This document shows positions 10,938 through 20,824 of a stretch of 64,000 nucleotides of DNA, one piece after another. Numbering within the stretch: position 1 is the first letter of the stretch; the number at the start of each line of letters is the position of its first letter. Where the stretch lies: NCBI GenBank assembly GCA_977017575.1, contig CDRNVI010000016.1, forward strand, positions 456,165 to 520,164. The letters run 5' to 3'. Made by a program: the position numbers and the translations under genes. This DNA comes from Paramoeba atlantica (lineage: Eukaryota; Protista; Discosea). The notes under the pieces were generated by a model, which was not told where the DNA came from, did no database searches, and saw only the letters and a program-made list of their open reading frames with translations.

Positions 10938-12884
10938 ATGCATATGAAATTCAAGTTCTTTGTGCTTTGTATTTTTGCGTCACTGCGCGACTTCCCATTA
11001 GTTTCTGCGAATGTGAAAGAATTAGGCGCTACTCACGTGACTGAGACGCTGTCTGGTTCTTCATTGAACAATCAAACGGAAGCACGTGTATCAAAACCTT
11101 GCGCTTCAGTAGCAAGTGAGGATTTGGAGCGAGTTAAAAACTTTTTGAAACTCTTTTCCGTAGACTCTGAGGCACCTTCAGGCAATTCCTCGCTTCAGTT
11201 AAATTCCACTTTGTGGTTTGCTGTTCCGGACATGAATTCATATTCCGTATGTACGCTCCCCACAGAGACGTCGGTGTTTGCTCCTATTTATGTAAGCGAA
11301 CGTGAAGGTGTGACTGAGAATGCAATACCGGTTGGGGGATGCGCTGTGCAAGGGCTAGTCAATGCTAGCCGTGTACGTTCCCTCTTTCTTAACGCCACCG
11401 TGCTTCGTTTCGGCGATTCCGGGATGCTGCTCCAAGAATTTTTCCGGGAGCGTAATTTCACGACCCCAAAGTTGAAAGTTGGCAATCGTGGTCTTTTCCC
11501 GGCATGTAAAGGTACGGATTACCGGATACACGCAAAGAATATTCATTTGGACGAACTTCCTGAATACTTGTGGTCTCTTGAAATACACGGCGTACATATT
11601 ACCGGAAAAATTACGCTCACACAACCAATGCCTTATCTTAGAGAAATAGATTTGCGTCTGAATAATCTATCGATTCTGCCCTCTCTAGGGCGTTGGCGTC
11701 CTTCAGTGAAGGGTTTACTGCACCTCGGCGGGAATTCATGGGGACCCGAAACTTGTTTTTCAAGCATCACTGATTCCTATGGAAAGAAAGTTGATATTCA
11801 TGTAATCGGAGTACCATTGTGTTCTCAAAGGCTTCCGCGATGCTTTAATGAGGCAATGAACAACTTTTTGTCCAAACTTGCAATAGTACCATGCAAAGGC
11901 GAACCTGACAAAGACGAACCATTGAGCACGAAGCAGCTCACGAATTTCTGTCTATGTGATACGATTGTTGGTTCAGAATCACTTATCTACGCCTCAAGCA
12001 TCACTTGTTCCAGATTATCCTCAGCCCTTTATCCAACCCAAATCATGGCCCTGGACCCCACCGTAACCGTAGTAGGTTCTTGTTCTAAAGTAGACAATGA
12101 TAAAGGAACTGCTGTCATTGGACGTCTCCGCCTTGCTGGGGATGAACGTGCGCGTGCTTCACTCATATCCTCTTTGGAGAGCGATGCTATAACTTTCCCT
12201 GTGAATAATACGCTGGGAAACTGCGTCTTGGGCGGTCCCTTAAAGTTCGAACTTCTCCCTTACGGAATTCAAAGCATATGGACTGTTGGCATTCAAGTCA
12301 CAGAGCCCATTGTGGTGACGTCACTAGCTGCATCGATCTCTCGCATTGACTTCATTCGTTGTACTTTTTACGGAAAAAAGGAAGCAGGGCAGAGCATAGC
12401 TGAGTCTAATAAAAGTTGCATAATTATACCAAGCAGTGCACCCGATCTGAGAGATTTGCATAGAATCGAGTCCATAAGCGACGCACATTCGACACATCCA
12501 CAGCTGATTATCAACTTTTTCGCTCCTGAATTCCGAGAGGGATATCAAGAGAAAGGCACTCACAACGTAGAAACAAAAGTCACTGGGTGCTCCTGGTATC
12601 CTCCGGAAGCTACCAAACAAGTTGGTGGAAAATCTCCCAGAGTTCAAATTACGGGACTTCCTGATTGCGCCATTTTCACGAGAATTCCTGCAACCGGCCG
12701 AGAAAAAGTTCTTGAATACGAGGCTAAACAACATGCAACCAGTCATAATCGACGACGAAAGTGGATTATTATTTCTTGCATATTAATAGGTCTTTTAGTA
12801 GCGGGGATTGCGATCGCCATGTACTATCGAAGACGGCGGAGATCTCCAACATTTTGGGTCACTGTGCCTCAGTCGTATATGTAA
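10938..12884 (+). CDS. Type I membrane protein with signal peptide, LRR-like ectodomain segment and short cytoplasmic tail
   Basis: MKFKFFVLCIFASL signal-like region; LREIDLRLNNLSILP and LLHLGGNSW LRR-like strands; many N-x-S/T sites; TM WIIISCILIGLLVAGIAIAMYY followed by RRRRR. Confidence 0.75.
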   Translation: MHMKFKFFVLCIFASLRDFPLVSANVKELGATHVTETLSGSSLNNQTEARVSKPCASVASEDLERVKNFLKLFSVDSEAPSGNSSLQLNSTLWFAVPDMNSYSVCTLPTETSVFAPIYVSEREGVTENAIPVGGCAVQGLVNASRVRSLFLNATVLRFGDSGMLLQEFFRERNFTTPKLKVGNRGLFPACKGTDYRIHAKNIHLDELPEYLWSLEIHGVHITGKITLTQPMPYLREIDLRLNNLSILPSLGRWRPSVKGLLHLGGNSWGPETCFSSITDSYGKKVDIHVIGVPLCSQRLPRCFNEAMNNFLSKLAIVPCKGEPDKDEPLSTKQLTNFCLCDTIVGSESLIYASSITCSRLSSALYPTQIMALDPTVTVVGSCSKVDNDKGTAVIGRLRLAGDERARASLISSLESDAITFPVNNTLGNCVLGGPLKFELLPYGIQSIWTVGIQVTEPIVVTSLAASISRIDFIRCTFYGKKEAGQSIAESNKSCIIIPSSAPDLRDLHRIESISDAHSTHPQLIINFFAPEFREGYQEKGTHNVETKVTGCSWYPPEATKQVGGKSPRVQITGLPDCAIFTRIPATGREKVLEYEAKQHATSHNRRRKWIIISCILIGLLVAGIAIAMYYRRRRRSPTFWVTVPQSYM

Positions 12885-13255
12885 TACAAAAAAGTTCTCC
12901 ACTCCATACGGGTAGGTGTTGCTGGGAAAAGGTTGGAATTATGGAATGAGTTGGGCGAGCACAATGCGCGTGCGTGAAATCACAATGGTACGTACGTAGC
13001 ACGCCGTACAAAGGCACGTACTTAGTAGTAGTACACGTCTTTAGTTTTGCTTTTTAGGGGCCGATAATATTTGCGAATAATCGTTTGTTCTACGTCTCTG
13101 GTTCTTGATAATAATTATTTTAGATTGACTGCACGATTACCCATTGAGTTTTTAATAAAATAGACCTACTATTGTACAGCGCGTACTTAGTCTCCGCCTT
13201 TTCTTCGAATTTTCTTGTGCAGCCACTATTTCATATTCTTGCAATTTAAACAACA

Positions 13256-14221
13256 ATGCTCACACGAAGCTGTTGCCAATTCATGAAAGTCTGTGTCCTG
13301 GGAGCCGCTGGAGGGATCGGCCAACCGTTGTCACTGCTCTTGAAACAGAACCCTGCAGTCACTCAACTAGCGCTTTATGATGTGCTTCACGCCGAGGGTG
13401 TAGCCACAGATCTCAGTCATATTTGTACCCCTGCACATGTTTCGGGATTCCCTAGAGAGAAACTGGATGTGGCTCTGCGGGAGTCTCAACTAGTGCTCAT
13501 CCCTGCAGGAGTCCCGCGAAGGCCTGGCATGTCACGTGATGATTTGTTCGCACTAAATGCCGCCATTGTAAAAAGTTTGGTACAAAATATCGCAATACAC
13601 TGTCCACAGGCTCACATCCTCATGATATCAAACCCTATTAACGCCACGGTGCCGCTTGCCGCAGACGTGTTAAAGCGGGCAAGAGTCTTTGTCCCGTCTC
13701 GACTTTACGGCATCACCACCCTGGATGTCGTGCGTGCGAACACATTTGTGCGAGAGGCGATCCCGAGTGAGGATTCCCCCGAGGTCACGGTGGTTGGGGG
13801 TCATAGTGGAAAGACGATTATCCCACTGCTCCACCCGTTCGTCGAGAATCTGTCGGCTCAACAAATTACACAGCTCACGGCTCGGATTCAGTTCGGCGGA
13901 GATGAGGTTGTGAAGGCAAAGAACGGGCAGGGCTCCGCGACCCTTTCGATGGCATTTGCGGCCTCCAGGTTTTCGAATTCTCTCATTGCAGCCCTGCAGG
14001 GGGCAGAGGGCAGGAGTGAATGCGCGTTTGTGGAAAACCCCGAGTACGGTCCCCGAGTTCCTTTTTTCAGTAGCCGAGTACATTTTTGCCGGGACGGGAT
14101 TTCGCGCATTGATCCAGTGGGTAAAACATCTGATTTTGAAAAGAGCCTTTTAGAGACATGTATTCCGGAATTAGAAAAAAATATTCAAATGGGTGTTGAC
14201 TTTGCAACACAAGGTAAGTAA
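13256..14221 (+). CDS. MDH: Malate dehydrogenase, mitochondrial type
   Basis: [13 protein letters not shown] motif, [37 protein letters not shown]; short MLTRS presequence; no PTS1. Confidence 0.95.
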   Translation: MLTRSCCQFMKVCVLGAAGGIGQPLSLLLKQNPAVTQLALYDVLHAEGVATDLSHICTPAHVSGFPREKLDVALRESQLVLIPAGVPRRPGMSRDDLFALNAAIVKSLVQNIAIHCPQAHILMISNPINATVPLAADVLKRARVFVPSRLYGITTLDVVRANTFVREAIPSEDSPEVTVVGGHSGKTIIPLLHPFVENLSAQQITQLTARIQFGGDEVVKAKNGQGSATLSMAFAASRFSNSLIAALQGAEGRSECAFVENPEYGPRVPFFSSRVHFCRDGISRIDPVGKTSDFEKSLLETCIPELEKNIQMGVDFATQGK

Positions 14222-14453
14222 GACATACCTATTTTTATGCTTCTCTTTTTGATATTCACTTTTTTGCCCGTCTTCTGGGTCGTTTACTTGAAAGTTACAA
14301 TGATGTTGAAGCTTGCCAAACATTGTCGCACTCGCTGATTATCTAAATTTTCCTTTAGACTCTAAAATGTGTGTTTTACTGATACCGGACACAGATTCAA
14401 AGTTTGAACCAAGGTTTTAGACGCAAGGTAATCTGTATAAATAGATAAGTACT

Positions 14454-14529
14454 AATCTACATACATGTATAGTTTCTACATACATGTATAGTATCTACAT
14501 ACATGTATAGTATCTACATACATGTATAG
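14454..14529. repeat. Four tandem copies of a 19-bp unit NNTCTACATACATGTATAG, each containing the palindrome ATACATGTAT
   Basis: Units at 14454, 14473, 14492 and 14511, read directly. Confidence 0.95.
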
Positions 14530-14713
14530 TTTGTATACTTTGATCATTGTTTTCTTTTTGTGTGTTGCACCTTCACAAGGAGTTATCATAGATCGTTGTA
14601 CATACGTTCCGTCCGTGAGCAGAACGGGTTCTCGATTCGTAGAAGAAGAGGAACGATCTCAATTTGTAGACGAAATACAGGAAAAGTCTTCAAAATTGAA
14701 CAGAATCTCTTAG
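14522..14713 (+). CDS. Candidate 63-aa secreted small protein
   Basis: MYSLYTLIIVFFLCVAPSQG is a typical signal peptide followed by a charged helical segment; on the cluster strand. Confidence 0.35.
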   Translation: MYSLYTLIIVFFLCVAPSQGVIIDRCTYVPSVSRTGSRFVEEEERSQFVDEIQEKSSKLNRIS

Positions 14714-14767
14714 TATTAGTTAATCGTACCTTGAAGGCGGATTTACCAATATTACTTGTTTTACCAC

Positions 14768-15970
14768 ATGAACATGTTGCGAGGTCCTTGCTGTATTAAT
14801 TTCTGTTGTTCTGCCACATCCACCTTTTCCCGCTATCAGAATATTCAGGTCAGAAATTTAGCATGTGGAACACAAAGATGCTATACAACACAACCACAAG
14901 CGAAACCGTATCCCAATAAATCATTCGACCAATTAGCTCATCGGGGTCGCCATACGTTTCAGAAACCCCATTCAAAAACGACAGGACAAAATGCACATTA
15001 CAAACCAGCGCATCCAAAGCGACCCGATCCGAACCCATCTCCATCCATACCTAAATTTGCTCGTGTTCCAGTAATGCACCGACCACCAGTCTCGAGCCCC
15101 GTGCAATGTGACCAAAATCGAGGTCTACAAGGATCCGATAGAGCTTACATTCCTGGAGATTCTCTGGAAGAGGAGGAGGAGGACGAAGAGGACCTGATGG
15201 GCCCACCTTCGTTTATTCTACCGGAGGGCACGTGCGATTTATGTCGCAAGACATTTCCCTCTGATATGGCCTTACTCCATCATGTAAACACGGAGCACCT
15301 AAATGTCTACTGCGAATACACCGAAAGTCCTGATGAATGGGTGTTTCCGAAAGGTACCTTGTTTCAGTGTCGACATTGCACTAAAACGTTACAGCATAGC
15401 GCAGCCCTTATTCAACATTGTACAGAGAAACACCCCTCACATCCACCTCCGACCCGTAAAAGTGATTTGCTGATCATCGAGGGTAAAAAATGTGATTTAT
15501 GTGGAAAGCACTTCATATCAGAGGCGATATTGGCGGCTCATAAGCGATCGGAACACTCCGCATTCCATGCAGAAAAGCCGTTTCGCTGTGAGGAATGCGT
15601 TCCTGTGGGTAGAGACTTTGCCGATCCAATCGTTCTTTTGACTCATGTACTAAATGTGCACGGGGAAGAGCGCGGATCTCTTGTTGGTCAAGCTGCGAAG
15701 ACCGGCGAGTTCGACTGTTTTTTCTGTGACAAGACCACAACCTCGCTTTCGGCACTGGCTGGTCATATCACGGCTCGACATCCGAAATTGGGAGTAGGAA
15801 CGAACTCCGTATCTTTCAAAAAATGCTTCGGTGACGAAGGATTCGAAATCATACTGTGTAGAAACCAAGGGTGTCGTTGCAAATTCGTAAAAAGGGAACA
15901 TGAACAGCTGCATCAAACAAGGTGCCCTGCGGTTGTGGCGCGAAAAGCGAAGCTTCACTATGTAAGATAA
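14768..15970 (+). CDS. Multi-C2H2 zinc-finger protein, possible mitochondrial presequence
   Basis: Five C2H2 fingers (CDLC…HVNTEH, CRHC…HCTEKH, CDLC…HKRSEH, CEEC…HVLNVH, CFFC…HITARH) plus a C2HC-like finger; N-terminus R/S/T-rich with no acidic residues. Confidence 0.85.
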   Translation: MNMLRGPCCINFCCSATSTFSRYQNIQVRNLACGTQRCYTTQPQAKPYPNKSFDQLAHRGRHTFQKPHSKTTGQNAHYKPAHPKRPDPNPSPSIPKFARVPVMHRPPVSSPVQCDQNRGLQGSDRAYIPGDSLEEEEEDEEDLMGPPSFILPEGTCDLCRKTFPSDMALLHHVNTEHLNVYCEYTESPDEWVFPKGTLFQCRHCTKTLQHSAALIQHCTEKHPSHPPPTRKSDLLIIEGKKCDLCGKHFISEAILAAHKRSEHSAFHAEKPFRCEECVPVGRDFADPIVLLTHVLNVHGEERGSLVGQAAKTGEFDCFFCDKTTTSLSALAGHITARHPKLGVGTNSVSFKKCFGDEGFEIILCRNQGCRCKFVKREHEQLHQTRCPAVVARKAKLHYVR

Positions 15971-16177
15971 ATAGTTTCAAAGTTATTTTCCCCTTATTAT
16001 GAAGGTATTTATGACACTCTGTTCGCATTCTAGGTCAAAACTCCCGTAGGATTACGCAGGTCATGTATAGGTTATTGTAACATTGTTGATAATTTATGAG
16101 ATCCGATAATGAGAGAATGCAGCACCCAGATGTATTCTTTAAGAAGTAATTTTTCGTAACGTACTTTCACCACCTTG

Positions 16178-19100
16178 ATGGAACTTGTGTACAGCGAATT
16201 CTTTCCTTCTAGCGCTGTTCAACAAGTAGTCGTAGGCAAATTCTTGTGTCATGACGTATCCAATGTTCTGCTACTCTTCTGCGACCGGATTGAAATCTAC
16301 GTTATTGGAGACTTTAACGGCGAGAAACCCAAGTTCGTGCTTTCCGAGCATTTTTCCGAAAAATTGACAGGTGTTGTCACTCTACATCACCCGACCGGCC
16401 TTGATGCAATTGCCCTTTGCATGGACCACTGTCGCGTGTGTATTTGTGCGTACAATACTACATATGCTGCGCAATCATGGGTGTCACGCACTCCGCGCGA
16501 TATTGAGGAAACTGACAGCGATGTTGAAACGGGCGCTGAGGAGAACTTCTTTGCATTAGAAAATAATTTTCGAGTCATAGCAGTGTTTGTCCTTAAGTGC
16601 GAAGAGATTAACAAGATCCACTGTAAAATGCTCGTCGATGAAACTTCAACGTTCGTTCTTGTAATGTTAAATAAGCAGTGGTTGTACATCATACCCATCC
16701 AATGTTTTCGAATTGATGGGACGAATCTGCAAAATGAATCGGAAAAGCAAGCAGCCTGTACATCAATTCTTCCAGGATTTTTTTTCAACCCGGAGGAAAA
16801 TCAATTCCTTGCTCTGAAGGATGACTTATCGTTCGGCAAAAGCGACGCAGCTGCTTATACTCGAAAACTTCAGCCTATAGGTTGTACAACTATTGATCTA
16901 GCTTCACTTTCGCCGCCCTTGTTAAATATACGGGACATATGTCTGCTTCAGGGGTACGGTGATGCGACTTTTCTTATACTACATGAACCCGAACAGTCAT
17001 GGGTAGGACGTCTGAAGCTCAAAAGTGCACAAAGAGGTAATGTTGAGAGCAAAACTCTGAGCTGCATAGCTACCTTGCTGTGCTATGATTGTCGAACCCA
17101 CGTTTTATCAGTTGCTTGGCGAATCTCTTCCCTACCCTACAATTCTCAATACCTTTTTCCTGTATTAGGGTCCACATCATATCCCATGGGCAGTGCCTTG
17201 TGTGTCGCACCAAATTGTATCATGCACCTTACGATTCAAGGCTGCAGTTATGCCATTTGCACGAATTCTTACGGCGTAGACGAATTTAAGGGTCGAGAAA
17301 CAGATTTATACGTTGACACCGCACCTACTGGAACGAATTTACATAAAACGAAGAACGCGCTTCTAGCGAACTGCTCATTGGTTATGTTATCTCACGACAG
17401 AGGAATATTGGCTACTGCTACTGGTGAGTTACACGTTCTGGACCTTAGATGGAAAGATGGCATTGTATGCGAAATAGTGTATTCAGAGGAAATAGGAGTG
17501 CTTGACGTTTCTTCGGGTAGAGTGTTTTCCTATTCCACGCACGGAATATCCTCTGAAGTAAAAGGAATGCGTTTGCCAAAGCCATCATCAATGGTTTATC
17601 TACCGGGAATGAAGACTGCAGTTCATGCTTCTCTTACAGGGAACACCTCGATACTGGACTTGAGTTTGGTTACTAACGTACCGATTTCAGAATTAACACG
17701 TAGTATTTTTCAAGCCACGTTATGTGAATCCCTGAGTCCAATTTCTTCTTTTGATGTCTTATCTACAGCTGAAGCGGATTTTCTGCGCAACAAACAGGTC
17801 AATAAGACGGTTTCCAGAGAATGTTTAGAAAGAGGCAGCATGAACTACAATCAATGTCTGCGAAGCACTTCCATTGTCGTTACAGGAGGTGAGCAACCCA
17901 GAGGGGTTATCGGACTTCTTACGAAAAGCGTCCATACTGAACACTGTACTTCCTTTACAACGCCATCCATCGAAAATGCTATTCGTTATGTTGGAGAAGT
18001 CCTATTGCAGTATGACGAGCTTGCTTGTCTGAAGGAAACAAACAATTTAAGGAACAATTTCATGAAGAACTCTATGAATGGCAGTATGCGACACCCAACA
18101 GCCGTTCTTGTATCAGATGATACGAAAACTAGTACCTTGCTAATCTCTCAGGAGGATATTATAGACATAAGCAATGACGTTGCTTTCAGTAAAGAACCAA
18201 CATTGTTGGCGTATTGCATTAACACGGAAACCGTGTACGGAACTCTACAAATTACGAAAAGTCAAGTAAGAGTACACGCCCTTGACTGCACTGCAAGTCC
18301 AATATCAACGTGGGACATCTCTAACGTGGTTACGAGTCCTGTTGATCAACTGGACATCATGAAAGGGTTTTGTTTGCTCACTGAGAAGCGGAAACATAGT
18401 CTCGTCTCTTCCAATCGCACTGATTCGCTAGTGACTATATTATTGTACACATCAGAAAACGGTTTGGTGGTCTTAGATTTGCTGCCTGACTTGCGAATCG
18501 AATTCACTACGAGTATTTCACATTGTCCAGTACCGCATACGTGCATTGCCCAATGCGGCCCGAAAATATTGATTGGGGTCGAGCCAAGGACTTTTAAATG
18601 TTATGTGTGGTGGATCGATGTTAGCAGTGGGGAACTTTATTTTGCACCTGCGTGTTTTAGATTGCCTGGTAGACAGGATTATGCAAGGGAAGCTCAGAGT
18701 TTCTCGGATGAAATGCTTGAGGTAAGTGCCACAGATTCCATCTTATGTATCCGTCTTCTCTTCTTAAATAGACTTCTCGTGTACCAACTCACGTGTGATG
18801 TCGCTGGAATTCCCATCTTTTGTCACGCAATAGATACTACGACGAACCTGACTTGGAAAACAGATAGCGTAGTGTCGAATCGTCTTTTGTACCCTTTATT
18901 CGATTATTCTGTCTCTCAGAACGTGCGAGAAAAATCATTTTGTGGAATTTTTGTAAGCGGTATGCAACCCATGTGGCTTGTACAAGATCCCTTTACGGGT
19001 AGGTGTTTCGCTCATCCTCAATCTGTTCCTAATGCGTCACATGAAATTACCACAATGACCTACTTGAGGAACTGCGTTTGTCACGAAAACAATGCTGAAG

Positions 19101-20635
19101 TTCCAGGTCATCAGTCGGACTATTTTTGCACTTCAATGGGTAAAGCGTTGTGTATATGTAGAATATCGAAAGATGTTGATCTAGGAGGTCATTTGCCACT
19201 TCGCAAAAGAGAAACTCATGACGCAACACCTATACAAATCGTCACCGACGTCTCCAAATCATTTATTTATGTTTTAGAATCTTGCAGGTCCGTTTCCAAC
19301 GAAAGACAAAATGATCCGTCATGTGATGATAAAAAAGTAGATTTCGAAGAAAGTTCAAACAGTGAGTGCAAGCTTGAAAGTCCAACACTTCCCTCTATAT
19401 CTCACAGAGTGTCTACATATAGGTTTCCTAGTCTTGCTTTTTGCGATGCCTTCGCACTTGAAGAAAGAGAAATTTGTCTTGGTATGAAAATGTGGAAATA
19501 TTCAGCAAAGGACTCAGCGAGTTTTCTTGTGCTAGGAACGGCTCAACCGCATGACGAAGAAACTCCTTGTCGCGGAGGCATATATTTATTGGGCTCACAG
19601 AGGAATAAAACTACCACTCGAAATCACTCACAGCTACAAGGGAGGCATTGGCTTGCTCGTTTCAGTGATAAAGGCGAGAAACTGGATACTTCGACAGTAT
19701 TTACAGAAAAAGAAAGTGCTTGTTCATTGAGGCCAGTGCAATTCCACGCTATGAAAGGTCCTGTGACAGCCGTTACTACATGTAAAGAACGGCTCGTTGT
19801 GACGTGTGGGGCCAAAATAATGTTTTACCTGTACGATAAGACCGTAAATCGTTTAATTAACGTGGGATTTCACAACGCACACACATACGTGGCGTCCTTG
19901 GCTTCCTTTAAAGAATATTTCGCTGTGGCTGATCTGCACCACTCCCTGGCAATTTGCAAGTACGATGCTCTGCAACGCACAAGTCACATTCTTGCAAGGG
20001 ATATCAGCGGTAAAGATCTCACGTCATGTGAATTTCTTTACGACGGGGTGCACCAGAAACTATTGGTAGCCGCATCCGATGTTAATGGGACTCTCGGCAT
20101 ATATGGGTACGACCCGGTGGCTAGAAAATCCAGAAACCTTTTGCGTCTCCAAAATAACTTTCGTGTTCCGGGCTTTGTAACGAGATTACAACGCATAAAC
20201 CTTCCCCATGAAAGTGTTTCTGTGAAGCACGCTAAAACAAACGATTTACTGCATGGAGTTTCAAGCAACCAATCCTCCATTTTTTGTCCTTCCCGATCGT
20301 GTGCTCTTCTGTACAGTACATCTACTGGCGCTTTAGGTATTGTATGGCCACTCGAGAACAGCAAAGAGCGTCGTTCACTGCTCTGGTTAAATGCTATTCT
20401 TAAGGAATACATATCGAACCCATATGCGGGTAATCAAAGCATTAAACCTAATCATAGTGATCGTAGACACTCTAGCACACGCTGTATACTCAATTGCAAT
20501 GAGATTTCAGCTGCGTTCATCGATAAGGTAGACTTGATCACACAGCAGCGACTCTCACATAAAATAGGTATAGATCTGAGTGCACTGGTTAACGTTTTGC
20601 GAAGAATCCGTCAAGCATTTCATATATTTACGTGA
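16178..20635 (+). CDS. CPSF1: Cleavage and polyadenylation specificity factor 160 kDa subunit
   Basis: LLNIRDICLLQGYGDATFLILHEPEQSWVGRL and ISSLPYNS match the CPSF1 [31 protein letters not shown] region; C-terminal KGPVTAV…GAKI…VADLHHSL…LARD; about 1480 aa. Confidence 0.9.
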   Translation: MELVYSEFFPSSAVQQVVVGKFLCHDVSNVLLLFCDRIEIYVIGDFNGEKPKFVLSEHFSEKLTGVVTLHHPTGLDAIALCMDHCRVCICAYNTTYAAQSWVSRTPRDIEETDSDVETGAEENFFALENNFRVIAVFVLKCEEINKIHCKMLVDETSTFVLVMLNKQWLYIIPIQCFRIDGTNLQNESEKQAACTSILPGFFFNPEENQFLALKDDLSFGKSDAAAYTRKLQPIGCTTIDLASLSPPLLNIRDICLLQGYGDATFLILHEPEQSWVGRLKLKSAQRGNVESKTLSCIATLLCYDCRTHVLSVAWRISSLPYNSQYLFPVLGSTSYPMGSALCVAPNCIMHLTIQGCSYAICTNSYGVDEFKGRETDLYVDTAPTGTNLHKTKNALLANCSLVMLSHDRGILATATGELHVLDLRWKDGIVCEIVYSEEIGVLDVSSGRVFSYSTHGISSEVKGMRLPKPSSMVYLPGMKTAVHASLTGNTSILDLSLVTNVPISELTRSIFQATLCESLSPISSFDVLSTAEADFLRNKQVNKTVSRECLERGSMNYNQCLRSTSIVVTGGEQPRGVIGLLTKSVHTEHCTSFTTPSIENAIRYVGEVLLQYDELACLKETNNLRNNFMKNSMNGSMRHPTAVLVSDDTKTSTLLISQEDIIDISNDVAFSKEPTLLAYCINTETVYGTLQITKSQVRVHALDCTASPISTWDISNVVTSPVDQLDIMKGFCLLTEKRKHSLVSSNRTDSLVTILLYTSENGLVVLDLLPDLRIEFTTSISHCPVPHTCIAQCGPKILIGVEPRTFKCYVWWIDVSSGELYFAPACFRLPGRQDYAREAQSFSDEMLEVSATDSILCIRLLFLNRLLVYQLTCDVAGIPIFCHAIDTTTNLTWKTDSVVSNRLLYPLFDYSVSQNVREKSFCGIFVSGMQPMWLVQDPFTGRCFAHPQSVPNASHEITTMTYLRNCVCHENNAEVPGHQSDYFCTSMGKALCICRISKDVDLGGHLPLRKRETHDATPIQIVTDVSKSFIYVLESCRSVSNERQNDPSCDDKKVDFEESSNSECKLESPTLPSISHRVSTYRFPSLAFCDAFALEEREICLGMKMWKYSAKDSASFLVLGTAQPHDEETPCRGGIYLLGSQRNKTTTRNHSQLQGRHWLARFSDKGEKLDTSTVFTEKESACSLRPVQFHAMKGPVTAVTTCKERLVVTCGAKIMFYLYDKTVNRLINVGFHNAHTYVASLASFKEYFAVADLHHSLAICKYDALQRTSHILARDISGKDLTSCEFLYDGVHQKLLVAASDVNGTLGIYGYDPVARKSRNLLRLQNNFRVPGFVTRLQRINLPHESVSVKHAKTNDLLHGVSSNQSSIFCPSRSCALLYSTSTGALGIVWPLENSKERRSLLWLNAILKEYISNPYAGNQSIKPNHSDRRHSSTRCILNCNEISAAFIDKVDLITQQRLSHKIGIDLSALVNVLRRIRQAFHIFT

Positions 20636-20824
20636 AGTACCACTTTGTCACAATTTCTTGGTCTCTAATTTTGAATCAAACCTATCGAATTCAATATTTA
20701 ATGCGTTTTTCAGTGCTTTCGTTGTAAGTTGCCTCGTTGGATTGAAGAGTGGCCGACATAGCTTTTTTTTGACCGTTTGTATTTTTAAGTTATGTTGAAG
20801 CGTAAATAGAACTCGGAGACTAGT

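Noticed and set aside
14454-14529. CRISPR-like array
   Set aside because: The units are directly adjacent with no unique spacers, no cas genes are present, and the context is eukaryotic.
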